27,738 nucleotides of DNA, from the NCBI GenBank assembly GCA_030624805.1, contig JAUXJL010000001.1:1-27738 (forward strand), in the 5' to 3' direction. The position numbers were made by a program, and so were the translations under genes. This DNA comes from Acidimicrobiia bacterium. Lineage in GTDB: Bacteria > Actinomycetota > Acidimicrobiia > Spongiisociales > SHLN01. A model generated the notes under the pieces. That model was given only the letters and a program-made list of their open reading frames with translations, did not search any database and was not told the DNA's origin. Positions 8,736-20,586 of the stretch are shown piece by piece; position 1 is the stretch's first letter; each line of letters starts with the position of its first letter.

Positions 8736-9576
8736 TTTGTTTCGTCCGGCAGGAACTCTCGCGACCGGGGCCGACTCCGTTCTGATTGATTGTGCCGTCG
8801 CCGGCTGGGATTACGCGGGCCTGCAGGTGTTTCGATTGGCACCCGGCGAGATCCGCCTGTTCCAGTTGGAGGGCGTTGAGGCGGCTCTCCTTCCACTCAC
8901 CGGTGAGGCGAAGGTTGACATCGATCAGGTCAGCTTTTCGCTGGCGGGGCGGTCCGACCTGTTCCGGGAGCGGACCGACTTCGCCTTCGCACCGCTCGAT
9001 TCTGAGCTGCGGGTTGGGTCGAAGAAGGGGGGCGAATTCGCCCTCTGTACAGCAGTTGCAACAACTCGCCTCGAACCCGTTCATGTGCCGCGAGAGTCGG
9101 TTGAAGTTGAGGTGCGTGGTGGGGGTGTCGTGACCCGCCAGATCAACAACTTCATGGCAGTCGACAGCTTCACGGCCGATGCTCTCATCGCGGTCGAGGT
9201 CATCACCCCGGAGGGGAACATCTCGTCGTACCCGCCTCACAAACACGACGAGACCTCGGAGGTCGAAACTCAGCTCGAGGAGATCTATTACTTCCGGATT
9301 GACGGACCTGAGGGTTTCGGGCTGTTCAACGCCTATGCCGCCGACGGCAGCTTCAGTGAGACGATGGTGGTTCGCGACGGCGACGTGTTCCTCGTGCCAA
9401 GGGGATTCCACGGTCCGGCGGTGGCGTTGCCCGGTTACCACATGTATTACTTGAACGTGATGGCAGGCCCTGAGCGAGTGTGGCGGTTCACCGATGACCC
9501 GTCCCACCTATGGCAGCGGGCCGTCATCGATTCGCAGTCCCCGGATCCCCGTCTTCCCCTCGATTCGGGCAGCTGA
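8728..9576 (+). CDS. iolB: 5-deoxy-glucuronate isomerase
   Basis: SSYPPHKHD, LEEIYYF, LVPRGFHGP and YYLNVMAGP; overlaps the aldolase stop by 8 nt. Confidence 0.93.
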   Translation: MPDLFRPAGTLATGADSVLIDCAVAGWDYAGLQVFRLAPGEIRLFQLEGVEAALLPLTGEAKVDIDQVSFSLAGRSDLFRERTDFAFAPLDSELRVGSKKGGEFALCTAVATTRLEPVHVPRESVEVEVRGGGVVTRQINNFMAVDSFTADALIAVEVITPEGNISSYPPHKHDETSEVETQLEEIYYFRIDGPEGFGLFNAYAADGSFSETMVVRDGDVFLVPRGFHGPAVALPGYHMYYLNVMAGPERVWRFTDDPSHLWQRAVIDSQSPDPRLPLDSGS

Positions 9577-9584
9577 CCTGGAGT

Positions 9585-10565
9585 TCAGCTGGCGAGGATT
9601 GAGTCGATCACCGTCATGTTGGCGATGGCATCGTCGATCGGTACCGGGAGGGGTGTGTCCTCCAGAACGGCGCGGGCAAAAAGCTCAGCCTGGATCGTGT
9701 ACTGGTCGACCGGATCGAACGTAACCGTTTCGGTGTCCGGTGCTGCCGGGGGATCCCCTCCCCGGCTCAGGAAGATTCGACCTGGGTGGTCGGACGGGTT
9801 ATTGAACGGGACCGCTACCTCGATATGGCCGTTGCTACCGAAGATTTGGGCCCGCTGGTACTCCTCGGCGCGAATGGAGCACGTAAAGCCGGCCTGGCCA
9901 CCTCCCGGGAACTCGAGTATCGCTGAGGTCATCGTGTCGATTCCCATTTTCTCATCGCGATGGACGGCTGCTTCTATGCGGATCGGCTCGGCCTGAAACA
10001 GCATGCGGGAGAGGTTGATGCTGTAGCAGCCGATGTCCATGAGGGCGCCGCCTCCGTTTTCCCTGCGGTTGCGAATGTTCTCGGGGTCATCGTTGAAGAA
10101 ACTAAACCAGCTCTGGACGGCCTGGAGCTCACCGATGGCTCCGGCGCGAATCAGTCGGACTGCTTCCACCCACATGGGATGGTGCCGGTACATGAAGGCT
10201 TCGGCCAGCTTGACGCCGGCCTTTTCACAGGCATCGGCCATGAGACGGGCCTCGCCGGCTGTCATGCCGAGTGGCTTTTCGCACAGCACGTGTTTGCCGG
10301 CCGCAGCCGCCCTGACGGTCCATTCGGCGTGCATGTCATTGGGAAGCGGGATGTAAACAGCATCGACATCGTCGGCGTTCAACAACTCCTCGTAGGTGCC
10401 GTAGGAAGTAGCGATGCCAAGTTGTCGGGCGGCGGCTCCTGCCCGGTCGGCGTTTCGCGATGCAATGGCGACTACTTCGCAGTTCTCTGCCTGCTGTGTC
10501 GCCGGGGTCACTGTGTCCATTCCGATGTTGGCCGTGCTCAGGATTCCCCACCGGAGGGTGCTCAC
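9585..10565 (-). CDS. Gfo/Idh/MocA oxidoreductase (xylose/dihydrodiol dehydrogenase-like clade)
   Basis: LRWGILSTANIG, DAVYIPLPNDMH, CEKP, EAFMYRHHP and GGGALMDIGCY. GTG start. Confidence 0.93.
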   Translation of the reverse strand: MSTLRWGILSTANIGMDTVTPATQQAENCEVVAIASRNADRAGAAARQLGIATSYGTYEELLNADDVDAVYIPLPNDMHAEWTVRAAAAGKHVLCEKPLGMTAGEARLMADACEKAGVKLAEAFMYRHHPMWVEAVRLIRAGAIGELQAVQSWFSFFNDDPENIRNRRENGGGALMDIGCYSINLSRMLFQAEPIRIEAAVHRDEKMGIDTMTSAILEFPGGGQAGFTCSIRAEEYQRAQIFGSNGHIEVAVPFNNPSDHPGRIFLSRGGDPPAAPDTETVTFDPVDQYTIQAELFARAVLEDTPLPVPIDDAIANMTVIDSILAS

Positions 10566-10630
10566 GACGGTTGCTCTGTTCTTGTCGCCGGCGCTCGCGG
10601 CCGCGCCGGCTTCGTGTACACGGTTGGCAT
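10562..10630 (-). CDS. candidate 22-aa small ORF/leader peptide MPTVYTKPARPRAPATRTEQPS
   Basis: AGGAG RBS (in GGGAGGAGACACT-ATG); its TGA overlaps the GTG of the 9585-10565 gene (GTGA). Too short for the ORF track. Confidence 0.4.
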   Translation of the reverse strand: MPTVYTKPARPRAPATRTEQPS

Positions 10631-10759
10631 AGTGTCTCCTCCCGGGCGCCGAAATGTGTCCCCCAGGCGCCGTTGTCAGAGAAACTACCGCGTTGGAACC
10701 GGCCGATCCGCCCTACACTTGTGGAACACACCACCCGAACAGGATGTTTGACTCTCACG

Positions 10760-11071
10760 ATGAATGAACCCACCTTGGCGCACGACGCCCCCGAGGAGAC
10801 CCGAGTTGCGGCCGCCGACGGATCGGCGACCGAAGTCGCGGTTGCTGATGTCGACATGGATGCACTGCTCGAGACCATCGAGTACATCCGGCCTGCGCTG
10901 CAAGCCGACGGTGGCGATCTCGTGCTGTTGGGCGTCGACGGCGGCACTGTCAACCTGCAGATGGTTGGCGCGTGCGGGGGCTGCCCGATGTCGATGATGA
11001 CCCTCAAAGCGGGCATCGAACGCATCATGTTCGACCGTGTTTCCGGTGTGACCGAGGTTAATGCCATCTAG
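10760..11071 (+). CDS. NifU C-terminal/Nfu-type Fe-S cluster carrier
   Basis: IRPALQADGGD...GACGGCPMSMMTLKAGIE contains the Nfu CxxC motif. Start is ATG 10760 or 10856. Confidence 0.9.
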   Translation: MNEPTLAHDAPEETRVAAADGSATEVAVADVDMDALLETIEYIRPALQADGGDLVLLGVDGGTVNLQMVGACGGCPMSMMTLKAGIERIMFDRVSGVTEVNAI

Positions 11072-11072
11072 T

Positions 11073-11078
11073 TAGTCT
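11073..11078 (+). promoter_or_regulatory. -10 element of a leaderless meaB transcript
   Basis: TAGTCT, 6 nt before GTG 11085; no RBS. Confidence 0.45.
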
Positions 11079-11084
11079 CGGTCT

Positions 11085-12023
11085 GTGCCCGATACTGAGG
11101 ATCTCCTGACCGCAGCCACCGCCGGTGATCGGCGCGCTCTCGCCAAGCTGTTGACTGTCATTGAACGCGGGGACGAGGACTCCCGGAGCCTGCTCGCAGC
11201 CGTCTATTCCAGCAGCACCGGCGCCCACATCGTTGGGGTGACCGGGCCGCCGGGAGCAGGTAAGAGCACACTCGTGAACGAGCTCGTCGGCCAGATCCGG
11301 GCCGGCGGCGCCGAGGTGGCTGCGTTGCTGGTCGATCCGTCAAGTCCCTTTAGCGGTGGCGCCATTCTCGGCGACCGTATCCGCATGCAGGACCGGGTTC
11401 TGGACTCCGGGGTGTATGCCAGGTCGATGGCGAGCCGCGGTCAATTGGGTGGAGTATCGGTGGCTGTGCCGGGGGCAGTCATTTTGCTCGATGCGGCGGG
11501 TTTTCCATACATCATTCTCGAAACGGTCGGGGTTGGGCAAGCCGAGGTCGCCGTCGTCGAGAGCGCCGACACCACACTCGTCGTCCTCAACCCGGGGTGG
11601 GGTGACAGCATCCAAGCGGCCAAGGCCGGCCTGCTCGAGATCGGTGACGTGTTCGTAGTGAACAAGGCAGACCGGCCGGGAGTGGAATCAACCGTTGCCG
11701 ATCTCAACCACATGTTGCACGAGGGGTCTGAGCGGGCCTGGACCCCTCCGGTGCTGACGACGGTCGCCAAAAACGGTTCTGGTGTGGCCGAGTTGTGGAC
11801 GGCCGTTCAAAGCCATCAGAAGCACCTCAGTGAGGAGGGGAGTCAAACCGCAGAGCGCCGGGCTGAACGCGATCTTCGAGCCGCCATCGCCGAACTAGTC
11901 GGTCGCCGCGCTTCTGCTCACGTTGAGGACTCCGCCATGGTGGAAGCCGTCGCCGACGTGGCGGCTCGTCGGATCGACCCGTGGACGGCGGCCGAGCGCC
12001 TGCTCGGTAACCTGCCCGTATGA
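11085..12023 (+). CDS. meaB: MeaB/ArgK GTPase (acyl-CoA mutase chaperone)
   Basis: GPPGAGKS, VDPSSPFSGGAILGDRIRM, RSMASRG, ETVGVGQ and NKAD. Confidence 0.95.
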   Translation: MPDTEDLLTAATAGDRRALAKLLTVIERGDEDSRSLLAAVYSSSTGAHIVGVTGPPGAGKSTLVNELVGQIRAGGAEVAALLVDPSSPFSGGAILGDRIRMQDRVLDSGVYARSMASRGQLGGVSVAVPGAVILLDAAGFPYIILETVGVGQAEVAVVESADTTLVVLNPGWGDSIQAAKAGLLEIGDVFVVNKADRPGVESTVADLNHMLHEGSERAWTPPVLTTVAKNGSGVAELWTAVQSHQKHLSEEGSQTAERRAERDLRAAIAELVGRRASAHVEDSAMVEAVADVAARRIDPWTAAERLLGNLPV

Positions 12024-12781
12024 GTCTCGTGCAGTTCAGTGTCGACGAAAACGTCGCAATTATCCGCCTCAACCGTCCCCCCGTGAATGCGCTCAATGCT
12101 GAGCTGGTCGGCGACATCGCCGCAGCAGTTGGCGAGGCAGGCCACCCGAGTCTCAGGGCTGCTGTCATAGCCGGCGACGATCATTTTGCGGCCGGGGCCG
12201 ACATCAAGGAGTTCGGGGCCGTCTTCGAGAGCGAGGGCGAGGATGAGCTTGCGGCCGATTTGAGCAGAGCCGTTTCGAGGTTCGAGCAGCTCGACAAGCC
12301 GACAATCGCGGCAGTTACGGGCTTCGCTCTCGGGGGTGGGCTCGAGTTGGCGATGGGCGCCGACTTCCGGTATCTCGCTGTCGACGCCCAGGTGGGTCAA
12401 CCCGAGATCAAATTGGGGATTATCCCAGGTGCGGGTGGCACCCAGCGGCTGGTCCGGATCGTTGGATGGCAAAGAGCGAAGGAGCTGGTGTTGTCGGGAC
12501 GCACGGTAGGGGCCGCCGAGGCCGAGACGCTCGGCCTGGCCGACAAGGTACTCCCTACCGATGAAGTGTTCGGGGCTGCCGTTGAGGATGCCAAGCTCTG
12601 GGCGACCGGTCCTACCCGGGCGATTGCGGCCGCCAAGCGAACCATGCTGGCCGGGTTCGGAATTGAGGCCGGCCTCGACGCGGAGATCATCGAGTTCAAA
12701 TCGCTCTTTTCGAGCGCTGACGCCCGCGAAGGTGTTCAGGCGTTCATTGAGAAACGTGACGCCGACTTCTCGGGGAGCTGA
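12020..12781 (+). CDS. enoyl-CoA hydratase/isomerase family protein
   Basis: LNRPPVNAL, FAAGADIKEF, GGGLELA and QPEIKLGIIPGAGGTQRL (both catalytic Glu present). ATGA overlap with meaB. Confidence 0.93.
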   Translation: MSLVQFSVDENVAIIRLNRPPVNALNAELVGDIAAAVGEAGHPSLRAAVIAGDDHFAAGADIKEFGAVFESEGEDELAADLSRAVSRFEQLDKPTIAAVTGFALGGGLELAMGADFRYLAVDAQVGQPEIKLGIIPGAGGTQRLVRIVGWQRAKELVLSGRTVGAAEAETLGLADKVLPTDEVFGAAVEDAKLWATGPTRAIAAAKRTMLAGFGIEAGLDAEIIEFKSLFSSADAREGVQAFIEKRDADFSGS

Positions 12782-12984
12782 TGTTCAGATCCGGAAGCAC
12801 CTCCGATCTCATGCCGTGGGGGGCGGCCCTGTTCCTGGCGGTGCTGCTGATCGGCGTGGGAAGGCGGGCCGCCGCCAATGGATGGGAAGCCGTGACAGCG
12901 CTGTCGAGCCTCGCCTGGATGGTCGGGTATGTGTTGGCCGCCGGAGTGATAGGCCAACGCGCCGCCACAGAAGTCCGGGACTAA
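12781..12984 (+). CDS. small hypothetical membrane protein with two hydrophobic helices, 67 aa
   Basis: TGATG overlap with the hydratase stop; fills the gap to iscS; hydrophobic segments WGAALFLAVLLIGVG and LSSLAWMVGYVLAAGVIG. Confidence 0.55.
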   Translation: MFRSGSTSDLMPWGAALFLAVLLIGVGRRAAANGWEAVTALSSLAWMVGYVLAAGVIGQRAATEVRD

Positions 12985-13010
12985 CCCGTCCGCTCGCGCC
13001 CCTAGTGAAA

Positions 13011-13016
13011 TAGGAT
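13011..13016 (+). promoter_or_regulatory. -10 element of a leaderless iscS-mnmA transcript
   Basis: TAGGAT, 6 nt before ATG 13023. Confidence 0.5.
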
Positions 13017-13022
13017 CACTCG

Positions 13023-14152
13023 ATGCTCTACCTCGATCATGCAGCCACCACCCCGATGCGACCGGAGGCCTGGGAGGCGCTTTCGGAGTTCAAAGAGGTG
13101 TACGGCAATCCCTCCGGGGTCCATGCCACCTCCCGCGCCGCCAAGAACAGGCTGGAAGTTGCTCGGGAGCTGGCGGCAGACCTTTTGGGAGCGCAACGGA
13201 CCTCCGAAATCGTGTTCACTGCCGGCGGGACCGAAGCCGACAACCTCGCAGTGGTCGGCGCCGCGCTCGCGACCGGCTCACCAGGTCACGTGGTCGTGTC
13301 GGCGGTCGAGCACAAGGCTGTGCTCGAATCAGCGGGCTTCGTCGACCGGCTCGGAGGGCACGCAACGGTCGTGCCGGTCGATGGCGACGGGCTGGTTGAT
13401 CCCGCAGTGGTGGCCGCCTCGGTTAATCCCGACACGACGGTCGTATCCGTGATGACTGCGAACAACGAAACCGGCACACTTCAACCAGTTGCCGAAGTGG
13501 CCGAGGCCGTGCGAGCGGTCAATCCCGCCACCCTGGTCCACACCGATGCCGTCCAGGCTTTCATTTCGGAGCCGGTCAAGGTTGACGCCCTCGGCGTTGA
13601 CCTTCTCTCGCTGGCAGGCCATAAATTTGGCGGCCCAAAAGGTGTTGGCCTGCTGTACGTCCGCGATGGTGTTCGGCTCGAGCCGGTCGTCCACGGTGGC
13701 AGTCAGGAGATGGGACGCCGGGCCGGCACTCATAACCCAATGGGGATAGCCAGCATGGTGGCCGCCATGAAGGCAACCGTCGCCGACCGGGCCGCCTTTC
13801 GGAGGCGGGTCGCTGACGTCCGCGACACGTTCGAGGCCGATTTGGCGGCGGCGGTCCCGGGGTTGGCAGTTAATGGTTCGCTCGATCGACGGCTAGTCCA
13901 GCATTCGCATCTCGGGTTCCCCGGCCACACGTCCGAGACGCTGCTCATCCGGTTCGATCAGGCGGGTTTAGCGGCCGCGGCCGGATCAGCCTGTCAGAGC
14001 GGGGCCGTCGAAGTGTCACACGTCCTGGCAGCCATGGGTATGGGGGAGACGGAGGCCGCTGAAGCAGTCCGCTTTAGTTTCGGATGGACCAGCCAGCCCT
14101 CCGACGCCAAGGTCGCCGCCAAGATCGTCACCGAAGTGCTGGGCGTCCTGGC

Positions 14153-14156
<4 letters not shown>
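13023..14156 (+). CDS. iscS: cysteine desulfurase (IscS/NifS family, MnmA-associated)
   Basis: YLDHAATTP, YGNPSG, HTDAVQA, SLAGHKFGGPKG (PLP Lys) and GSAC (catalytic Cys). Confidence 0.95.
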
Positions 14157-17845
<3,689 letters not shown>

Positions 17846-17898
17846 CAACACCGCTCCGTCCTCGAAAACCAGCAGCCACATCCCGAGGCCGGCCGCCT

Positions 17899-18774
17899 CT
17901 ACATTGACGCACCGGCCAGGTCACCGAGAAAGTCGAGGAGGAGCCGGTTGACTGGCTCCGGTTGCTCCTGCTGGGTCCAGTGGCCGCAATGCTCGACCGT
18001 CTCCACCCGGAGATTGGGTATCCAGCGGTCCATCCCGACAACCAATGACGCGGGAAGAACCGGGTCGGAGTCGGCGGCAATCATCATGACCGGAACTATG
18101 ACCGGAGCATTGGCAAGGTGCTCGGTGGCAGCGGAGTTGGCGTCGATGTTCCGGTAGTAGTTGGCCGGGCCGGTGATGGTGCCGGCTGTGAAGGCGTCCA
18201 CGTATACCTGGAAGTCGGCCTCGGTCATGAACTCCGGGTTGGAGGCCCCTCCCCGGTAGAAGCCGGCCAGCTTCTCGGCAGGCTCCGGGGTGAACCAACC
18301 TTCAGCCACACCTGGCTCCTGCAGCATTAGGACGTACCCGAAACGGTTGGACAGGTGCTCACGGATGTACTCGATTGTGGGGAAGGCGGCACAATGGCCC
18401 CGATAGGGCACGTTTAGAGATACCAGGCGCTCGATGCGTCCCGGGTGCGCCACAGCTGCCGCCCAGGCGATGATGGCACCCCAGTCATGAGCGACCAGCG
18501 CGACCTTTTCATACTCGAGGGCATCGATCAGGCCGATGAAGTCGTCGACGAGTGTGAGCAGACCGTAGGCCTCGACCTCGCTCGGCTTGTCCGAGGCCCC
18601 GTATCCGCGCAAGTCGGGCGCGATTGCGCGGAAACCGGCTTCCGCCAGGGCCGGGAGCTGGTACCTCCACGAGAATGCCAGCTCGGGGAATCCGTGCAGC
18701 AGGACAACGGGATAGCCGGTGCCGGTTTCGTCTACCGAAAGCTCAATGCCGTTGGTGGGTATCCGCCGGCTCAT
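17899..18774 (-). CDS. alpha/beta-hydrolase, epoxide hydrolase (EphA-like)
   Basis: HGFPE oxyanion motif, APDLRGYG, AHDWGA (nucleophilic Asp), ANYYRN, DPVL and GHWTQQE (His). Confidence 0.88.
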   Translation of the reverse strand: MSRRIPTNGIELSVDETGTGYPVVLLHGFPELAFSWRYQLPALAEAGFRAIAPDLRGYGASDKPSEVEAYGLLTLVDDFIGLIDALEYEKVALVAHDWGAIIAWAAAVAHPGRIERLVSLNVPYRGHCAAFPTIEYIREHLSNRFGYVLMLQEPGVAEGWFTPEPAEKLAGFYRGGASNPEFMTEADFQVYVDAFTAGTITGPANYYRNIDANSAATEHLANAPVIVPVMMIAADSDPVLPASLVVGMDRWIPNLRVETVEHCGHWTQQEQPEPVNRLLLDFLGDLAGASM

Positions 18775-20582
18775 GTCGGGCTATCCAATCCCAGAGCAGC
18801 TTCGGCCCCGTCGAGGGTCTGCCCTCCGCTCAGAACCGGAGCAAAACGGTCGCCAACGGCTTCGAGGCGTTTCCATATGGTTTCGATGGTGAACAGGTCG
18901 GGAGTCAGGACTCCCACCTCCTCCCATGCGAGGGGTGTGGATACCGGTGCCCCCGGCCGCGGTCGGACCGCGTAGACAGACGCGATGGTTTTGCCTCCGA
19001 CGTTTTGATTGTGGTCGATGAAGACCTTGCCCGCTCGCCGGGGGATGTCCCATTCCATCGTGACATTGGTCGGATCGGCGGCCGCCATCAAACGTCCCAC
19101 CGTCTCGACGAACCGTCGGACTCGGCCGTAGTCATGAACCGGATCGAGCGGCACGTAGATATGGAGTCCGGTGGCTCCGGATGTCTTCGGGTAGCCCCGC
19201 AGGCCGAGATTGTCCAGGGCCACTTTGATATGTAGAGCCGTGTCGACAACCTGATCCCAGCGGGCACCGTCGGCCGGGTCGAGGTCAAAGATCGCGAAAT
19301 CGGGCCGTTCGACCGAGTGAATCCGAGACAGCCAAGGATGGATCTCGATGCATCCCATGTTGGCAAACCACATGAGCGAGGGGCGGTCCGGGGCGGTACA
19401 GAATTCGATGGCTCCACCCCTCACTTCGGAGTGGATCGGTGCCACCGGCATCCAATCCGGTTTATGGGATGGAGCTTGCTTCTCGTAGAAGAACTCGCCT
19501 TCAGCACCGTCGGGAAACCGTGCCATCACGATGGCCCGGTCCTCCAAGTGGGGAAGGAGCACGGGTGCAATCGAGGCGTAGTACTGAATGAGGTCGCCTT
19601 TGGTGTATCCGTCGGGGAAGAAAGGTTTGTCAGGATTGGTGACCCGGAGTGGGTGCCGGAGCCGGGTGGCCCGGTAACTTCCGGCTTCGTTGACGATGGC
19701 GAGGGGAGAGGGGAAATCAACGGCACCAGACCCGAGAGGTCGGGCGTTTGGCTCCAGCTGCTCGGATGAGGCGAAAGCCGCTCCTACGTCCGCCCAGACG
19801 GCCTGGTGGCTATTGTCGTCCCGAGACTCCGAGACAATGGTGAGATCGACGTCGAATTCGGCCGCGGCCTCGACGACCGGCTCAACCGGGTTTGAGCCCT
19901 CCCCGTACGGCACGTGTTTGATCTCGCCGCCCGGCCCGAAGGAGTTGTGGCTGTAGTGGGTGTGAAGCGGCTGCAGCTTCCAGGCCGGGAACTGGTCGAA
20001 GAGAAATGAATACACAGACCGCACCGACTCCAGATCTACGAGGCGTCCGTCGGTTGTGGCGTGTACGTGCGCCCAGTCCACAACCGGACGTACCCAGGGG
20101 AACTCTGCCGCCAACAGGGCGATGTCTCCGAGATTTCCGAAGGCGTTGGCGGTTCCGGTCGTCTCCAGGCCCAACACCACTCCGAGATCGCGGATCTTGC
20201 CCGCGATGGAATCGAGTGCTTCGACCGCGGTCGTGAACAATTGTTCTGAGGTTCGGTCCCGGTCGTGTCCCGGGTGCACCACCACGATCGACGCTCTGAG
20301 CTTGGCGGCCAGCTTCATCGTGTGCTCGACAGCTGCTCGGGTTTTCTGGTACCGATCTGGCTCTTCGATGGTGAGTATTGCGAAGTAAGGCGCGTGCACC
20401 GAGAGCCCGAGGCCACGTTCGGCCGCCAACGCACCAAAGGAGGAACAGCGCGCCTCCTTCCATGGGAATCCCCTGGTAAACGCCAACTCGAATGCGGTGT
20501 GGCCCTGCTCAACAAGATTGTCAAGGAAGGCCTCGTCATCGTTATCAGTCGGCAGGGTCGATATCCCGAAGGAGATGGCCAT
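18771..20582 (-). CDS. fusion protein, 603 aa: N-terminal endonuclease IV-type (AP_endonuc_2 TIM-barrel) domain plus C-terminal LigD/Prim-Pol polymerase domain
   Basis: Start moved from 20690 to ATG 20582 because the upstream gene stops at 20587. N-half motifs: SVHAPY, VVHPG, LGLETTG, VVDWAHVH, LHTHYS, GEIKH, VSES. C-half motifs: TNPDK, YTKGDLIQYY, RFPDG, FDLDP, KTSGATGLH, FIDHNQN, YAVRPRPGAPVSTPLAWEE. Confidence 0.9.
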   Translation of the reverse strand: MAISFGISTLPTDNDDEAFLDNLVEQGHTAFELAFTRGFPWKEARCSSFGALAAERGLGLSVHAPYFAILTIEEPDRYQKTRAAVEHTMKLAAKLRASIVVVHPGHDRDRTSEQLFTTAVEALDSIAGKIRDLGVVLGLETTGTANAFGNLGDIALLAAEFPWVRPVVDWAHVHATTDGRLVDLESVRSVYSFLFDQFPAWKLQPLHTHYSHNSFGPGGEIKHVPYGEGSNPVEPVVEAAAEFDVDLTIVSESRDDNSHQAVWADVGAAFASSEQLEPNARPLGSGAVDFPSPLAIVNEAGSYRATRLRHPLRVTNPDKPFFPDGYTKGDLIQYYASIAPVLLPHLEDRAIVMARFPDGAEGEFFYEKQAPSHKPDWMPVAPIHSEVRGGAIEFCTAPDRPSLMWFANMGCIEIHPWLSRIHSVERPDFAIFDLDPADGARWDQVVDTALHIKVALDNLGLRGYPKTSGATGLHIYVPLDPVHDYGRVRRFVETVGRLMAAADPTNVTMEWDIPRRAGKVFIDHNQNVGGKTIASVYAVRPRPGAPVSTPLAWEEVGVLTPDLFTIETIWKRLEAVGDRFAPVLSGGQTLDGAEAALGLDSPT

Positions 20583-20586
20583 GGGC

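Noticed and set aside
17846-17898. Terminator between the convergent HAD and hydrolase genes
   Set aside because: Only a 5-bp CCTCG/CGAGG pairing with a long loop and no U-tract.
18771-19652. Calling the polymerase half a complete LigD/NHEJ system
   Set aside because: No ATP-dependent ligase domain, phosphoesterase domain or Ku gene is present in the window.
19773-20582. Calling the TIM-barrel half IolE or a sugar-phosphate isomerase of the nearby iol cluster
   Set aside because: The HAPY, HPG, ETTG, DWAH and GEIKH pattern fits endonuclease IV better, and the domain is fused to a polymerase about 9 kb from the iol genes. Not formally excluded without an HMM search.
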